This document shows, piece after piece, positions 1 to 9,100 of a stretch of DNA of 28,175 nt. Where the stretch lies: contig JAOZFI010000001.1 of NCBI GenBank assembly GCA_027491395.1, positions 1 to 28,175 on the forward strand, in the 5' to 3' direction. How positions within the stretch are numbered: position 1 is the first letter of the stretch; every line of letters starts with the position of its first letter. Source of the stretch: Thermoproteota archaeon. Lineage in GTDB: Archaea; Korarchaeota; Korarchaeia; Korarchaeales; Korarchaeaceae. The notes under the pieces are model-generated. The model was not told where the DNA came from. It did no database searches and saw only the letters and a program-made list of their open reading frames with translations. Made by a program: the position numbers and the translations under genes.

Positions 1-683
1 CTTGGATCGCTAGCTATCTCCTGCGGCGTTCCCTCCGCTATCTTCACTCCGTAGTCCATCACGATTATCCTCTCCGAGATGTTCATAACGGCCCTCATAA
101 CATGCTCCACCATCAGGATCGTCACCCCTGACTCGTTTATCTCCCTGAGCAGCTTCAGCAGTTCATCCACCTCCGAGGGATTGAGCCCAGCCACGACCTC
201 ATCCAGCAGGAGAAGTTTTGGTTCGGTCGCTAACGCTCTAGAAAGCTCGAGCCTCTTCTTCTCAGGCAGGTTCAGGGAACCGGCCCTCATGTTCCTCTTC
301 TCGTAGAGGCCAGTGAGCTTCAGCACCTCCTCTGCACGCTTTCTTGCCTCATTCACTTCCGGGTGCCTCAGCAGGGCGCCGATCGCAACATTGTCGAGAA
401 CTGTGAGGTTTGACAGTGGCTTCACTATCTGGAAGGTGCGGCCCACTCCCAGCTTGGTTATCTCGTAGGGCCTTCGCCCCGTGATGTCCCTACCATCGAA
501 GAATATCTTGCCCTTGTCGGGCCTGTAGTAACCGGAGATCAGGTTAAATAGGGTCGTCTTTCCCGCACCGTTGGGTCCGATGAGCCCCACTCTCTCCCCC
601 TCATCCATTGAGAAGGAGACGTCATTGACCGCTATCAGCCCGCCGAACCTCTTCACCACTCCCTTGACTTCCAGCAGGCTCAT
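1..683 (-). CDS. livG: Branched-chain amino acid-type ABC transporter ATP-binding subunit (LivG-like), runs off the window edge
   Basis: Not in the ORF track. Read manually from ATG at 683: MSLLEVKGVVKRFGGLIAVNDVSF, Walker A GPNGAGKTT, RTFQIVKP, ALATEPKLLLLDE (Walker B), MVEH. ATGA overlap with the upstream livM stop. Confidence 0.93.
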   Translation of the reverse strand, partial: MSLLEVKGVVKRFGGLIAVNDVSFSMDEGERVGLIGPNGAGKTTLFNLISGYYRPDKGKIFFDGRDITGRRPYEITKLGVGRTFQIVKPLSNLTVLDNVAIGALLRHPEVNEARKRAEEVLKLTGLYEKRNMRAGSLNLPEKKRLELSRALATEPKLLLLDEVVAGLNPSEVDELLKLLREINESGVTILMVEHVMRAVMNISERIIVMDYGVKIAEGTPQEIASDP

Positions 684-1714
684 TCCTTTCTCACCTCACC
701 AGTCTCCCTTCCCTTCATCAGGTAGCCCCTCTTCTCGAGCCAGCCCATGATGCCCTCCGGCGCGAGTAACGATATGGCTAACAGGATCACGCCCAGCACG
801 AAGACGTGGAGCCCGTAGAACCTCGGGAACCTAGACACTATGTAGACCCTCACGTACTCGCTTATGGGGACGAACACAAAGGAGCCGACTATGGGACCGA
901 TGAAAGAGTATATGCCTCCCAATATGCCAGCTATGGTTATGTAGACGGAGACGGATATCAGGTCGAAGACTGCGAATGGGTCGACGAACCTGAACCTGAC
1001 CGTGTATATTCCCCCTCCTATACCGGTGAAGAGGGCGCTGAAGAACATGGCCACCATCTTGTACTTGAACGGGTTGATCCCTAGGCTCATGGCCGCGTCC
1101 TCGTCCTCTCTTATAGCCTGCAGGTAGTAGCCTATCCTGCTCTTCACCAACGGATACAAGACTAGGAGCTCGAGCCCCAGCAAACCTAGGGCTAGGTATA
1201 TGTAGACGTAGGAGCCTGCGTACTGCAGATAGTACAGCTTCTGCTCTTCCGGAACTATGGGAGACTGCAGGCCAGCTGATCCCCCAACATAGTCCCAAGA
1301 AATGAAGATGAGCTTGAATATCTCGCCCACAGCTATCGTAGCTAGGGCGAACCAATGGCTCCTCAACCTGAAGAGCGGAACGCCCAGAGCTAGGCCTACT
1401 AGGGCTGCTACCAGTCCTCCAACGAATACGCCCACCCAAGGAGTCACCCCGTAGTAGAGCATGAGGATCATGGTCGTGTAAGCGCCGACGCCGAAGAACA
1501 CCGCGTGTCCGAAGCTGAGCTGTCCGGTGTATCCCTCGAGTAGGTTCCAAGCCATCGCCATTATAGAGAACATGAGGCAGAGGAGCATGGCGTTGGCTGC
1601 GAATGGAAGGTCCAGCTTCCAGAAAATCAGGGGAGCTACCAGCATTACAGCAGCCACGATCACAAAATACTGGCCGTTTCTACCGCTTAGTCCCTCCCTC
1701 ATGAATTGTAACAT
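680..1714 (-). CDS. livM: Branched-chain amino acid ABC transporter permease (LivM-like)
   Basis: WNLLEGYTGQLSFGHAVFFGVGAY, LRSHWFALATIA, AIREDEDAAMSLGIN motifs; hydrophobic. Confidence 0.92.
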   Translation of the reverse strand: MLQFMREGLSGRNGQYFVIVAAVMLVAPLIFWKLDLPFAANAMLLCLMFSIMAMAWNLLEGYTGQLSFGHAVFFGVGAYTTMILMLYYGVTPWVGVFVGGLVAALVGLALGVPLFRLRSHWFALATIAVGEIFKLIFISWDYVGGSAGLQSPIVPEEQKLYYLQYAGSYVYIYLALGLLGLELLVLYPLVKSRIGYYLQAIREDEDAAMSLGINPFKYKMVAMFFSALFTGIGGGIYTVRFRFVDPFAVFDLISVSVYITIAGILGGIYSFIGPIVGSFVFVPISEYVRVYIVSRFPRFYGLHVFVLGVILLAISLLAPEGIMGWLEKRGYLMKGRETGEVRKE

Positions 1715-1720
1715 GTCCCA

Positions 1721-2596
1721 TCACCTCTGTTCTGTCCCGAAGAGCCCGGTAGGCTTCACCAGAATTATGGCGATGAAGAGAAGGAACGCAACGACATCCT
1801 TCAGCGATGGGGAGATGAAGAGGGCGCTAACAGACTCGGTGACTCCAATTATGATCCCACTTATGTAAGCGCCGAAGACGCTCCCGAATCCGCCGAACAC
1901 CACCACTATAAATGCTATGAGCGCGTAGAACCCACCCATCTCAGGGTGTATCGGGAGGAACGTGGCGACCAAGGTGCCGCCAACGGCAGAGATCCCTACC
2001 CCGATGCCGAATGCTATCCAGTACATCTTCCTCACATTTATGCCCATCAGATAGGCGGCCATCCTGTTCTGGGAAACCGCCCTCAAGGCGACTCCCGTAT
2101 ATGTGGTCTTCAGAAAAACGTAAAAGGCCACGGCCACTCCTAGGGACACGGAAAAGGCTATCAGCCTGGGGAGCTGGAGGCTTACCGTCCCGAACCTGTA
2201 TATCACGTCCGCGTAGGGGACGTAGATCCTCTTTGTGTAGGGACCGAAGGCGGCCTCAGCGCCGTACCTGATCATCAAGAGCACAGCGAACGTGGCGGTG
2301 ATCTGACTGACCATGGGAGCGTCTAGGACCCTCTCTATCACCACCCTCTGGGTGAGCACCCCCAGCGCGAAGGTCACTAGGAAAGAGAGGGGAACGCTCA
2401 GTAACGGATCCACTCCAGCTAGGGTGAAGGCCCAGTACGTTACGAAGGCCCCTAGCATCATGTAGTCTCCCTGAGCGAAGTTTATCACGTCCATTATGCC
2501 CCAGATAAGCGCGAGACCCATTCCGACAAGAGAGTAGACGCTCCCTATTAGGATACCACTGACTACCGCATTGGCAACGTAATCCAGACCTATCAA
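1721..2596 (-). CDS. livH: Branched-chain amino acid ABC transporter permease (LivH-like)
   Basis: GLALIWGIMDVINFAQGD, GVALRAVSQNRMAAYLMGIN, VVFGGFGS motifs. Confidence 0.92.
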   Translation of the reverse strand: MIGLDYVANAVVSGILIGSVYSLVGMGLALIWGIMDVINFAQGDYMMLGAFVTYWAFTLAGVDPLLSVPLSFLVTFALGVLTQRVVIERVLDAPMVSQITATFAVLLMIRYGAEAAFGPYTKRIYVPYADVIYRFGTVSLQLPRLIAFSVSLGVAVAFYVFLKTTYTGVALRAVSQNRMAAYLMGINVRKMYWIAFGIGVGISAVGGTLVATFLPIHPEMGGFYALIAFIVVVFGGFGSVFGAYISGIIIGVTESVSALFISPSLKDVVAFLLFIAIILVKPTGLFGTEQR

Positions 2597-2630
2597 AGCC
2601 GACCCTCCGCAAAAATAGGGATGGAGAAGT

Positions 2631-3924
2631 TTAGCCCCTCTCGCTCCACTTGGGCATGGGGAACACAGGTTCAGCAGTCGCGAACTCCTCAGGGAATACG
2701 GTATGGTACTTCCCGTCCTCCATCATCTGGACCACTATACCCTGACCGAGAGTGTTCTGGCCGCTGGAGTCGAACTTCACTCCCTTCCATGGCATGATCA
2801 GCTTGTCTCCGGGGATGTTCAGGCTAGCTAGGGCGTCTCTTATCGCCTTACGGAATTCCTCCAAGTTGGCAGGGCTGGCCTTCTTACCGGCCTCCTCCAG
2901 AGCGTAGTAGAGCACCCAAGCGCCGGTGTAGTCCCTAGCGGAGTTACCGTTGAGGTCCACCCCGTACTTTGCCTTGTACCTATCGTTCACCTCCTTCAGC
3001 TTGGGTATCTTCTGGCCGAGGTCCCAGTTGAAGACCTCCCTGCTGAAGATGTAGAACCCGTCCTTGCCCACCTGCTTGACGTAACTTGGGTTTATGAAGC
3101 CAGCATCCTGCGCCAGTATGGCCTTCGGGTTGAAGTCCCTCTGCTTGGCGGTCTGGACGAAGAGTATGGCGTCCTGCACGTAGCTGGCAACCAGCACGAG
3201 GTCAGGGTTGGCTGCCTTCAATGTATCTATCTCGCTGTCCATAGAGGTTATCGTAGCCGCGTGGTAGCTCACTACTTTCACTATCTGGTATCCGGCTTCG
3301 GTGAAGTATTTCTGCCAGGCCCTAGCTGTAGCGGTTCCCCACTCGGTGTCCTCATGTATTATTGCTATCCTCTTTATCTGGTTACCATACTTCTTGTTCA
3401 ACCAGTTCACGAAGTCTACGTGCTGCTTGGCAAACATCTCATCGTGAGGAGTGGTCCTGAAGAACCACTTGTAACCCCTAGCGGTGAGGGTGGGTGATGT
3501 AGACTCGGGGTTGAGCATCGGGACATGGGTACCTCTCACACACCTCGCTCACGGTCTTGGTGACGGCGCTCTGGTAGGAGCCAAGCATAGCAACTACTTT
3601 CTCCTCAGTTATTAGCCTCTCGGCCTCGGCTGCGCCGGTCTCGGGCTTGCCAGCGCTATCTCCAAACACAAGAACGATTTTAGCCCCTCCCAAGCTCTTT
3701 ATGCCGCCAGCCTTGTTTATCTCCTCGACGGCGAACTCCAATCCTCTCTTCAAGTCAGCACCGGTTTCAGCTAGCTTGCCCGACAGAGGGAGCACCACGC
3801 CGACCTTGACCTCCCTGACGGCGCCCCCTCCTCTCTGCATCATCAGAACGGCAACTGCCACGATAATGACAACGATTACAACTATAGCGGCAAGAAGGGA
3901 CTTACTTAAACCCCTTCTCCTCAC
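2631..3924 (-). pseudogene. livK: Liv-type ABC substrate-binding protein split by a single +1 frameshift at ~3527-3529 (real pseudogene or sequencing error)
   Basis: N-half (TM anchor, VKVGVVLPLSG, EINKAGGI, LGSYQSAV...VCERY) joins the C-half (HVPMLNPESTSPTLT...WFFRTTPHD) if one C is removed from TAC-CCAT. Likely GTG start at 3924 with AAAGGTGG SD. Confidence 0.88.
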
Positions 3925-3961
3925 CAATGCGACCACCTTTGATCTAATTGTGTTGGCAGCC

Positions 3962-4056
3962 TTACATATATACCTTTCCATTGAAAGGTAAAAATCTTTG
4001 AAAAATAAACGATTTTGACGACGGTAAAGATTAAAAGTTAGGTAAAGATCTTTGAT
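3962..4056. promoter_or_regulatory. Divergent liv/hyu promoter region with operator-like repeats
   Basis: Minus-strand GGAAAGG-TATATATG (BRE/TATA-like, ~3965-3979). Plus-strand GGTAAAG-ATTAAAAG (~4023-4037). Repeats GGTAAA(A/G)ATCTTTGA at 3987-4001 and 4041-4055. Inverted repeat TACCTTTC-CATT-GAAAGGTA at 3971-3990. Confidence 0.6.
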
Positions 4057-4086
4057 GGCAAAGAGTTGACCGGATCGGGATAGGAT

Positions 4087-6126
4087 ATGTGGAGGACGGG
4101 AGTCGACATCGGGGGTACCTTCACCGATATCGTCTTCCTAGATGAGGAATCCGGTAAATTGAGTGTTCAAAAAGTTCTAACAACACCTAAAAGGCCTAGT
4201 AAAGCTGTTTTATCTGGTTTAGAGGAATCCGAGGTAGAGTTATCTGAGATCTCAACTCTAGTGCACGCCACGACCTTGGGTACCAATATGTTCTTGGGTC
4301 AGGAGGGATTGGTCCCACCCAAGGTGGCCCTGATTACCACCAAGGGCTTCAGAGACATCTTAGAGATAGGGAGGCAGCGCAGGCCCGAACTCTATAACCT
4401 CTTCTTCGAGAAGCCACCGCCCCTAGTAAGGAGGAGGGACAGGTACGAGATTGAGGAGAGAATTGACGCTTGGGGAAACGTGCTAATCCCTCTCAACGTT
4501 AAGGAAGCCGAGAAGCTGGCGGATCTCATCTGTGAGAAAGGGTATGAGGTGGTCGCCATCTCCTTCCTCCACAGCTACATGAACTCCATCCACGAGGAGA
4601 AGATGCTCCAAGTACTCAAGGAAAGATGCCCTGACCTCGATGTCATACTCTCATCTAGGGTGAACCCCGAGCACAAGGAGTATGAGAGGACTAGCACCAC
4701 GGTGGTCAACGCCTTCCTGAGGAAGCTCCTCTCAACCTATCTGATGAACTTGGAGAGAGAGCTCCGGAGGAAGGGATTTGAGGGCAGGCTCTTGGTCATG
4801 CAGAGCAGTGGTGGGGTGTCAAAGGTCGAGTACGCTGTAGAGAGGCCTGCGGCCTTCATAGAGTCCGGTCCTGCGGCAGGAGCGGTGGCCGTCGCGCACT
4901 ACTCCAAGCTGGCCGGAGATGATAGGGTGATAGGTTTCGACATGGGCGGAACCACAGCCAAGGCCTCGACGGTGATAGGTGGAGAGCCGACGGTCACCAC
5001 AGAGTATGAAGTGGGTGGGAAGGTCCACGCTGGCAGGCTGGTGAAGGGATCTGGCTACCCCGTGCGATTTCCCTTCATAGATCTGGCGGAGGTCAGCGCC
5101 GGCGGTGGCACCATAGCTTGGATAGATGAAGGTGGAGCTTTAAGGGTAGGTCCCATAAGCGCGGGCGCCGAGCCAGGTCCAGCCTGCTACGGGAGAGGAG
5201 GGGACAATGCCACTATAACTGATGCGAACTTCCTCTTGGGCAGGTTAGGGAAGAAGCTTGCGGGAGGAAGCCTGATACTCAGGAAGGAGCTGGCTGAGAA
5301 GGCCATTGGCGGCCTGGCTGTCGAACTGGGTTTGGAGATGGAGGAGGCTGCTATGGGCATAATAAAGCTGGCCAACACGGTCATGGCCAAGGCCCTGAGG
5401 ATAGTGACGGTGGAGAGGGGTCACGATCCTAGGGACTTCGTGATGTACGTCTTCGGCGGTGCTGGTCCCCTGCACGGGGTGGAGCTGGCGAGGGAACTAG
5501 AGGCGAAGGAGGTGCTAATACCCATCCATCCGGGAGTCTTTTCAGCGTTCGGGCTCCTCCTGACGGACTACAGGGTTGACACCGTCAGGAGCGTGATGAA
5601 GCTAGCAGAGGAGATCGAGGACAGGGAGGTGGAGGAGGCGCTGGCCCAGCTCGAGGTGGAGGCCAGCAAGGAGCTCGAGGGAGTTAGGGAGGTGCATGCA
5701 ATCCCTAGTTTGGACATGAGGTACAAGGGGCAGGCCTACGATCTCAACGTACCGTGGAGGGGATCGGTTGATCAGGCCATAAGGGACTTCCATGCCACTC
5801 ACGGGAGGGTATACGGGTTCTCATCTCCGGATGAGCCTGTAGAGGTAGTGAATGTAAGATTAGCACTGATAGGATCCCTTAGGAAGCCCCAGTTCCCGAG
5901 AATGAGGGCCAAGGAATATAGACCGGAGGCCGAGGGATCAAGGGAGGTGTACTTCGAGGGCAGGGGGTGGGTAGATGCGTCAGTTTACTCTAGGGAGAAG
6001 CTTAAGCCCGGCGCCACGCTTGAAGGCCCGGCTGTAGTGGAGGAGTACGACTCTACGACGTTGATCCCACCGGGACACCTGCTGAGGGTGGATGAGTTCG
6101 GAAACCTGAGGATAAGGGTGATGTGA
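4087..6126 (+). CDS. hyuA: Hydantoinase/oxoprolinase family subunit A (N-methylhydantoinase A-like, ATP-dependent)
   Basis: GVDIGGTFTD, HATTLGTN, EYERTSTTVVNA, ESGPAAG, DMGGTT, AGGGTIAW, SAGAEPGPACYG, FGGAGPLH motifs. Confidence 0.93.
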   Translation: MWRTGVDIGGTFTDIVFLDEESGKLSVQKVLTTPKRPSKAVLSGLEESEVELSEISTLVHATTLGTNMFLGQEGLVPPKVALITTKGFRDILEIGRQRRPELYNLFFEKPPPLVRRRDRYEIEERIDAWGNVLIPLNVKEAEKLADLICEKGYEVVAISFLHSYMNSIHEEKMLQVLKERCPDLDVILSSRVNPEHKEYERTSTTVVNAFLRKLLSTYLMNLERELRRKGFEGRLLVMQSSGGVSKVEYAVERPAAFIESGPAAGAVAVAHYSKLAGDDRVIGFDMGGTTAKASTVIGGEPTVTTEYEVGGKVHAGRLVKGSGYPVRFPFIDLAEVSAGGGTIAWIDEGGALRVGPISAGAEPGPACYGRGGDNATITDANFLLGRLGKKLAGGSLILRKELAEKAIGGLAVELGLEMEEAAMGIIKLANTVMAKALRIVTVERGHDPRDFVMYVFGGAGPLHGVELARELEAKEVLIPIHPGVFSAFGLLLTDYRVDTVRSVMKLAEEIEDREVEEALAQLEVEASKELEGVREVHAIPSLDMRYKGQAYDLNVPWRGSVDQAIRDFHATHGRVYGFSSPDEPVEVVNVRLALIGSLRKPQFPRMRAKEYRPEAEGSREVYFEGRGWVDASVYSREKLKPGATLEGPAVVEEYDSTTLIPPGHLLRVDEFGNLRIRVM

Positions 6127-7779
6127 ATGGTTGATCCCGTCACCGTGGAGGTGATCAGGAGCTCCTCCTCCTACATAGCTGAGGAGATGGGTATCGTGCT
6201 GAGGAACGCGGCCTACTCCCCGAACATAAGGGACAGGATGGATCACAGCTGCGCGATCCTCCTAGAGAACGGGGAGATGATAGCTCAGGCTGAACACATA
6301 CCCGTTCACTTGGGGAGCATGGCCGTGGGGGTCAAGAACACCATAGATTACCTGCAGAGATCCTCTGTGGAGCTGGAGGAGGGCGACATAATCGTGCTTA
6401 ACGACCCGTACATAGCGGGAACTCATCTGAATGATGTGACCATGGTGAAACCCCTCTTCCACAGGGGGGAGATATTCGGGTATGTAGCGAACAAGGCCCA
6501 TCATGTCGATGTTGGGGGGATGGTCCCCGGAAGCATAAGCGGCAGCGCTAAAGAGTTGATTCAAGAGGGACTGGTCCTCCCTCCGCTGAAGATAGTCAGG
6601 AGGGGCCAGCTCGACATAAGCGTGCTCAACCTGATCCTGAGTAACGTGAGGGTTCCTAGATACACTAGAGGTGATTTGAAGGCTCAGATAGCTGCCCTCA
6701 ACGTTGGCGAGAGGAGGCTGAGGGAGCTGATAGACAAGTACGGGCTGGAGACGGTGATAGAGGCTTGGAACAGGACGATAGACTACACGGCCAACTACCT
6801 GAGGGGGAAGCTTAAGGAGGTGCCTCCGGGCCTCTACAGCGCCGAGGATTACATGGAGGCCGACGACGGGCTGCTGGCCATCAGGGTCAGGGTGCAGCTC
6901 TCTAAGGAGTCCATAAGGGTGGACTTCACCGAAACCGATGAGCAGGTCGACATACCCATAAACGCTGTTTACGGCGTGACCGTCGCGGCCACCTCCTATG
7001 CGATAAAGGCTGCCTTGGATCCGGATCTGCCCATGAACTACGGGTTCTTCAAGGTAGTCAGGGTAGAAACTAGGGAAGGAACGCTCGTTCACCCGAAAAA
7101 GCCTGCTCCTGTGGCAGCGGGCAACGTAGAGACTTCTCAGAGAATAGCCGAGACCGTCCTGAAGGCGCTGGCCGAGCCGCTAAGGGGAAGGATACCTGCA
7201 GCCTCCCACGGGAGCATGAACAACGTGATGGTGGGGGGAATACACGAGGGGAGAAGCTGGGCGTTCTACGAGACAATAGGAGGCGGGATGGGAGGCAGGC
7301 CAGGTAAGGACGGCGTCGACGGCGTTCACACTCACATGACCAACACCATGAACACCCCGATCGAGGTCATAGAGAGGGAGTGTCCGGTACTCTTCGTGGA
7401 GTACAGCCTCAGGGATGACTCGGGAGGCCCGGGTCAATACAGGGGTGGACTGGGGATAACTAGAGCGTTCAAGATCCTCTCAGGCAGGGCAGTACTATCC
7501 ATAGCTACTGAGAGAGTTAAGCTCAGACCTTGGGGATTGGAGGGAGGATTGGAGGGGAAGAACGGCTTCCACTACGTCGAGAGGAACGGAGAGAGGATCG
7601 TGCTCGGGGCCAAGGCCACCATGGAGCTGATGAAGGGGGATGTGGTCTACATAAACACCCCCGGTGGTGGAGGTTACGGGGATCCTAAGCTCAGGGATCC
7701 ATCTCTAGTGAAGGAGGACCTGCTGGATGGAAAGATATCAGAGGAAACCGCCCGAAAGGTGTACAGACTGACAATCTAA
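6127..7779 (+). CDS. hyuB: Hydantoinase B/oxoprolinase family subunit B
   Basis: AYSPNIRDRMDHSCA, HIPVHLGSM, NDPYIAGTHLND, HHVDVGG, HTHMTNT, PGGGGYG motifs; abuts subunit A. Confidence 0.93.
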   Translation: MVDPVTVEVIRSSSSYIAEEMGIVLRNAAYSPNIRDRMDHSCAILLENGEMIAQAEHIPVHLGSMAVGVKNTIDYLQRSSVELEEGDIIVLNDPYIAGTHLNDVTMVKPLFHRGEIFGYVANKAHHVDVGGMVPGSISGSAKELIQEGLVLPPLKIVRRGQLDISVLNLILSNVRVPRYTRGDLKAQIAALNVGERRLRELIDKYGLETVIEAWNRTIDYTANYLRGKLKEVPPGLYSAEDYMEADDGLLAIRVRVQLSKESIRVDFTETDEQVDIPINAVYGVTVAATSYAIKAALDPDLPMNYGFFKVVRVETREGTLVHPKKPAPVAAGNVETSQRIAETVLKALAEPLRGRIPAASHGSMNNVMVGGIHEGRSWAFYETIGGGMGGRPGKDGVDGVHTHMTNTMNTPIEVIERECPVLFVEYSLRDDSGGPGQYRGGLGITRAFKILSGRAVLSIATERVKLRPWGLEGGLEGKNGFHYVERNGERIVLGAKATMELMKGDVVYINTPGGGGYGDPKLRDPSLVKEDLLDGKISEETARKVYRLTI

Positions 7780-7780
7780 C

Positions 7781-7789
7781 TTTCTTTTT
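7781..7789 (+). terminator. Archaeal oligo-T terminator after hyuB
   Basis: TTTCTTTTT two bases after the stop codon. Confidence 0.5.
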
Positions 7790-8044
7790 ACATTTAGCCC
7801 TTCCTATTGACGACTGACTGGGTGGCTGGCATTCAAGTTTAAACTCCCGAACTGAAGTGAGGCTGCATACGCTTATAGGCATCATCGCACTGGTCGGGAT
7901 TGAAGCGGAACACTAAAACAGACTCGTTATATTCGCCCTTATGTTATAAAGCTTTTCCTAATTTTAGCTAATTTTCCAACTTTAGTATCTAAATTAGACC
8001 CAATCTTTATATTATATTGAATCTTGAACGCCCGGTGCTCTCAT

Positions 8045-9061
8045 ATGAACAGGAGAGTAGCCCTCTTTCTAGCCCTGTCGTTCGTACTCGTGTTTGGCGC
8101 CACCGTTTTTCCACTATCGGCTCAGAAGAAGGTCGTTGGTTTAGACGTAGCCCCGGGGAGAGTCAAGGACCTAGACGCCGAGATCGGTCAGAAATATCTG
8201 AAGAAGCTCAAGGATTACCTGATGTCTTGGGGTTACGAGGTAAAGGAACTGACCCAGCTGACACCGGAGTCCCTGAAGGACGTTGATGTGCTGATAATCG
8301 GTAAGATGAAGGACTACAACAGCAAGTTCTCCCCATCCGAGGTGCAGGCTATCGCCAGCTGGTTCAAACAGGGAGGAAAGCTTCTATGGGTTGGAGCTGA
8401 CTCCGACTACGTAGAACCCTATCTCAAGCCCGAAGATGTTGGATTCAAGGCTGAGGAGCCCAACAAGATACTATCGGCCGTAGGTTCATCCATAAGGATA
8501 GAGTACGCTAGCTTGGAGGATCCTGAGTCCAACGCCGGTGCGGCCTACAGGGTCGTGAGCTACAAGGCCAATCATCAGGGATGGGCCGCAGAGATAACTA
8601 AGGGAGCCGATAAGGTCCTCTTCCACGGACCCACCCTCCTAGCCGGATACAAGGATGGGAAGTTCGTCCCCTTCGACCAAGTTGTGGGTGACACGTGTGT
8701 CTGGCTCTACAGGAGCAGCGACAAGGGAACGGTTGTGAGCCACGACGGCATAGACCCGAAGGCCTATAGGGTGGGACAGACCGGCAGCTTCGTGGAAGCT
8801 GCGGCCGAGAAGATAGCTGTCGGCTCCACCTACAGCAAGCTGATAGTCACTGGCGAGTCCCTCCTCGGTGATAGAACCATAATAAGCGAGGAGTACCACG
8901 GCGTCAAGCTACAGGGACCGACCTTCGTGAAGAACGCCCTGGCTTGGGGCACCACTGTCGAGAGCGCCGGCCTGCCCATGGAGTGGATAGCTGCCATAAT
9001 CGTGGTGATAATAATCGTGGTGGTCGGCGCCTACCTGGCCATGAAGAGGAAGAAGTCTTAA
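8045..9061 (+). CDS. Secreted, C-terminally membrane-anchored protein (DUF4350/GATase-like fold, tentative)
   Basis: Likely ATG at 8045 (MNRRVALFLAL signal peptide). LTPESLKDVDVLIIG / EVQAIASWFKQGGKLLWVGAD pattern. C-terminal TM helix followed by KRKKS. Confidence 0.7.
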   Translation: MNRRVALFLALSFVLVFGATVFPLSAQKKVVGLDVAPGRVKDLDAEIGQKYLKKLKDYLMSWGYEVKELTQLTPESLKDVDVLIIGKMKDYNSKFSPSEVQAIASWFKQGGKLLWVGADSDYVEPYLKPEDVGFKAEEPNKILSAVGSSIRIEYASLEDPESNAGAAYRVVSYKANHQGWAAEITKGADKVLFHGPTLLAGYKDGKFVPFDQVVGDTCVWLYRSSDKGTVVSHDGIDPKAYRVGQTGSFVEAAAEKIAVGSTYSKLIVTGESLLGDRTIISEEYHGVKLQGPTFVKNALAWGTTVESAGLPMEWIAAIIVVIIIVVVGAYLAMKRKKS

Positions 9062-9100
9062 GTCTCCTCCTCCCCTCTTTTTCCCCGAAGGTGGTGCTCC

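Noticed and set aside
6262-7092. 276-aa antisense ORF, plus similar shadow ORFs (831-1550, 9767-10360, 17210-17680, 18608-19198)
   Set aside because: They lie wholly or almost wholly over well-supported genes and have no motifs; typical codon-bias shadows.
7780-8020. CRISPR array or C/D sRNA in the hyuB downstream gap
   Set aside because: No true repeated unit and no correctly spaced four-box pattern; kept only as a weak single-repeat note.
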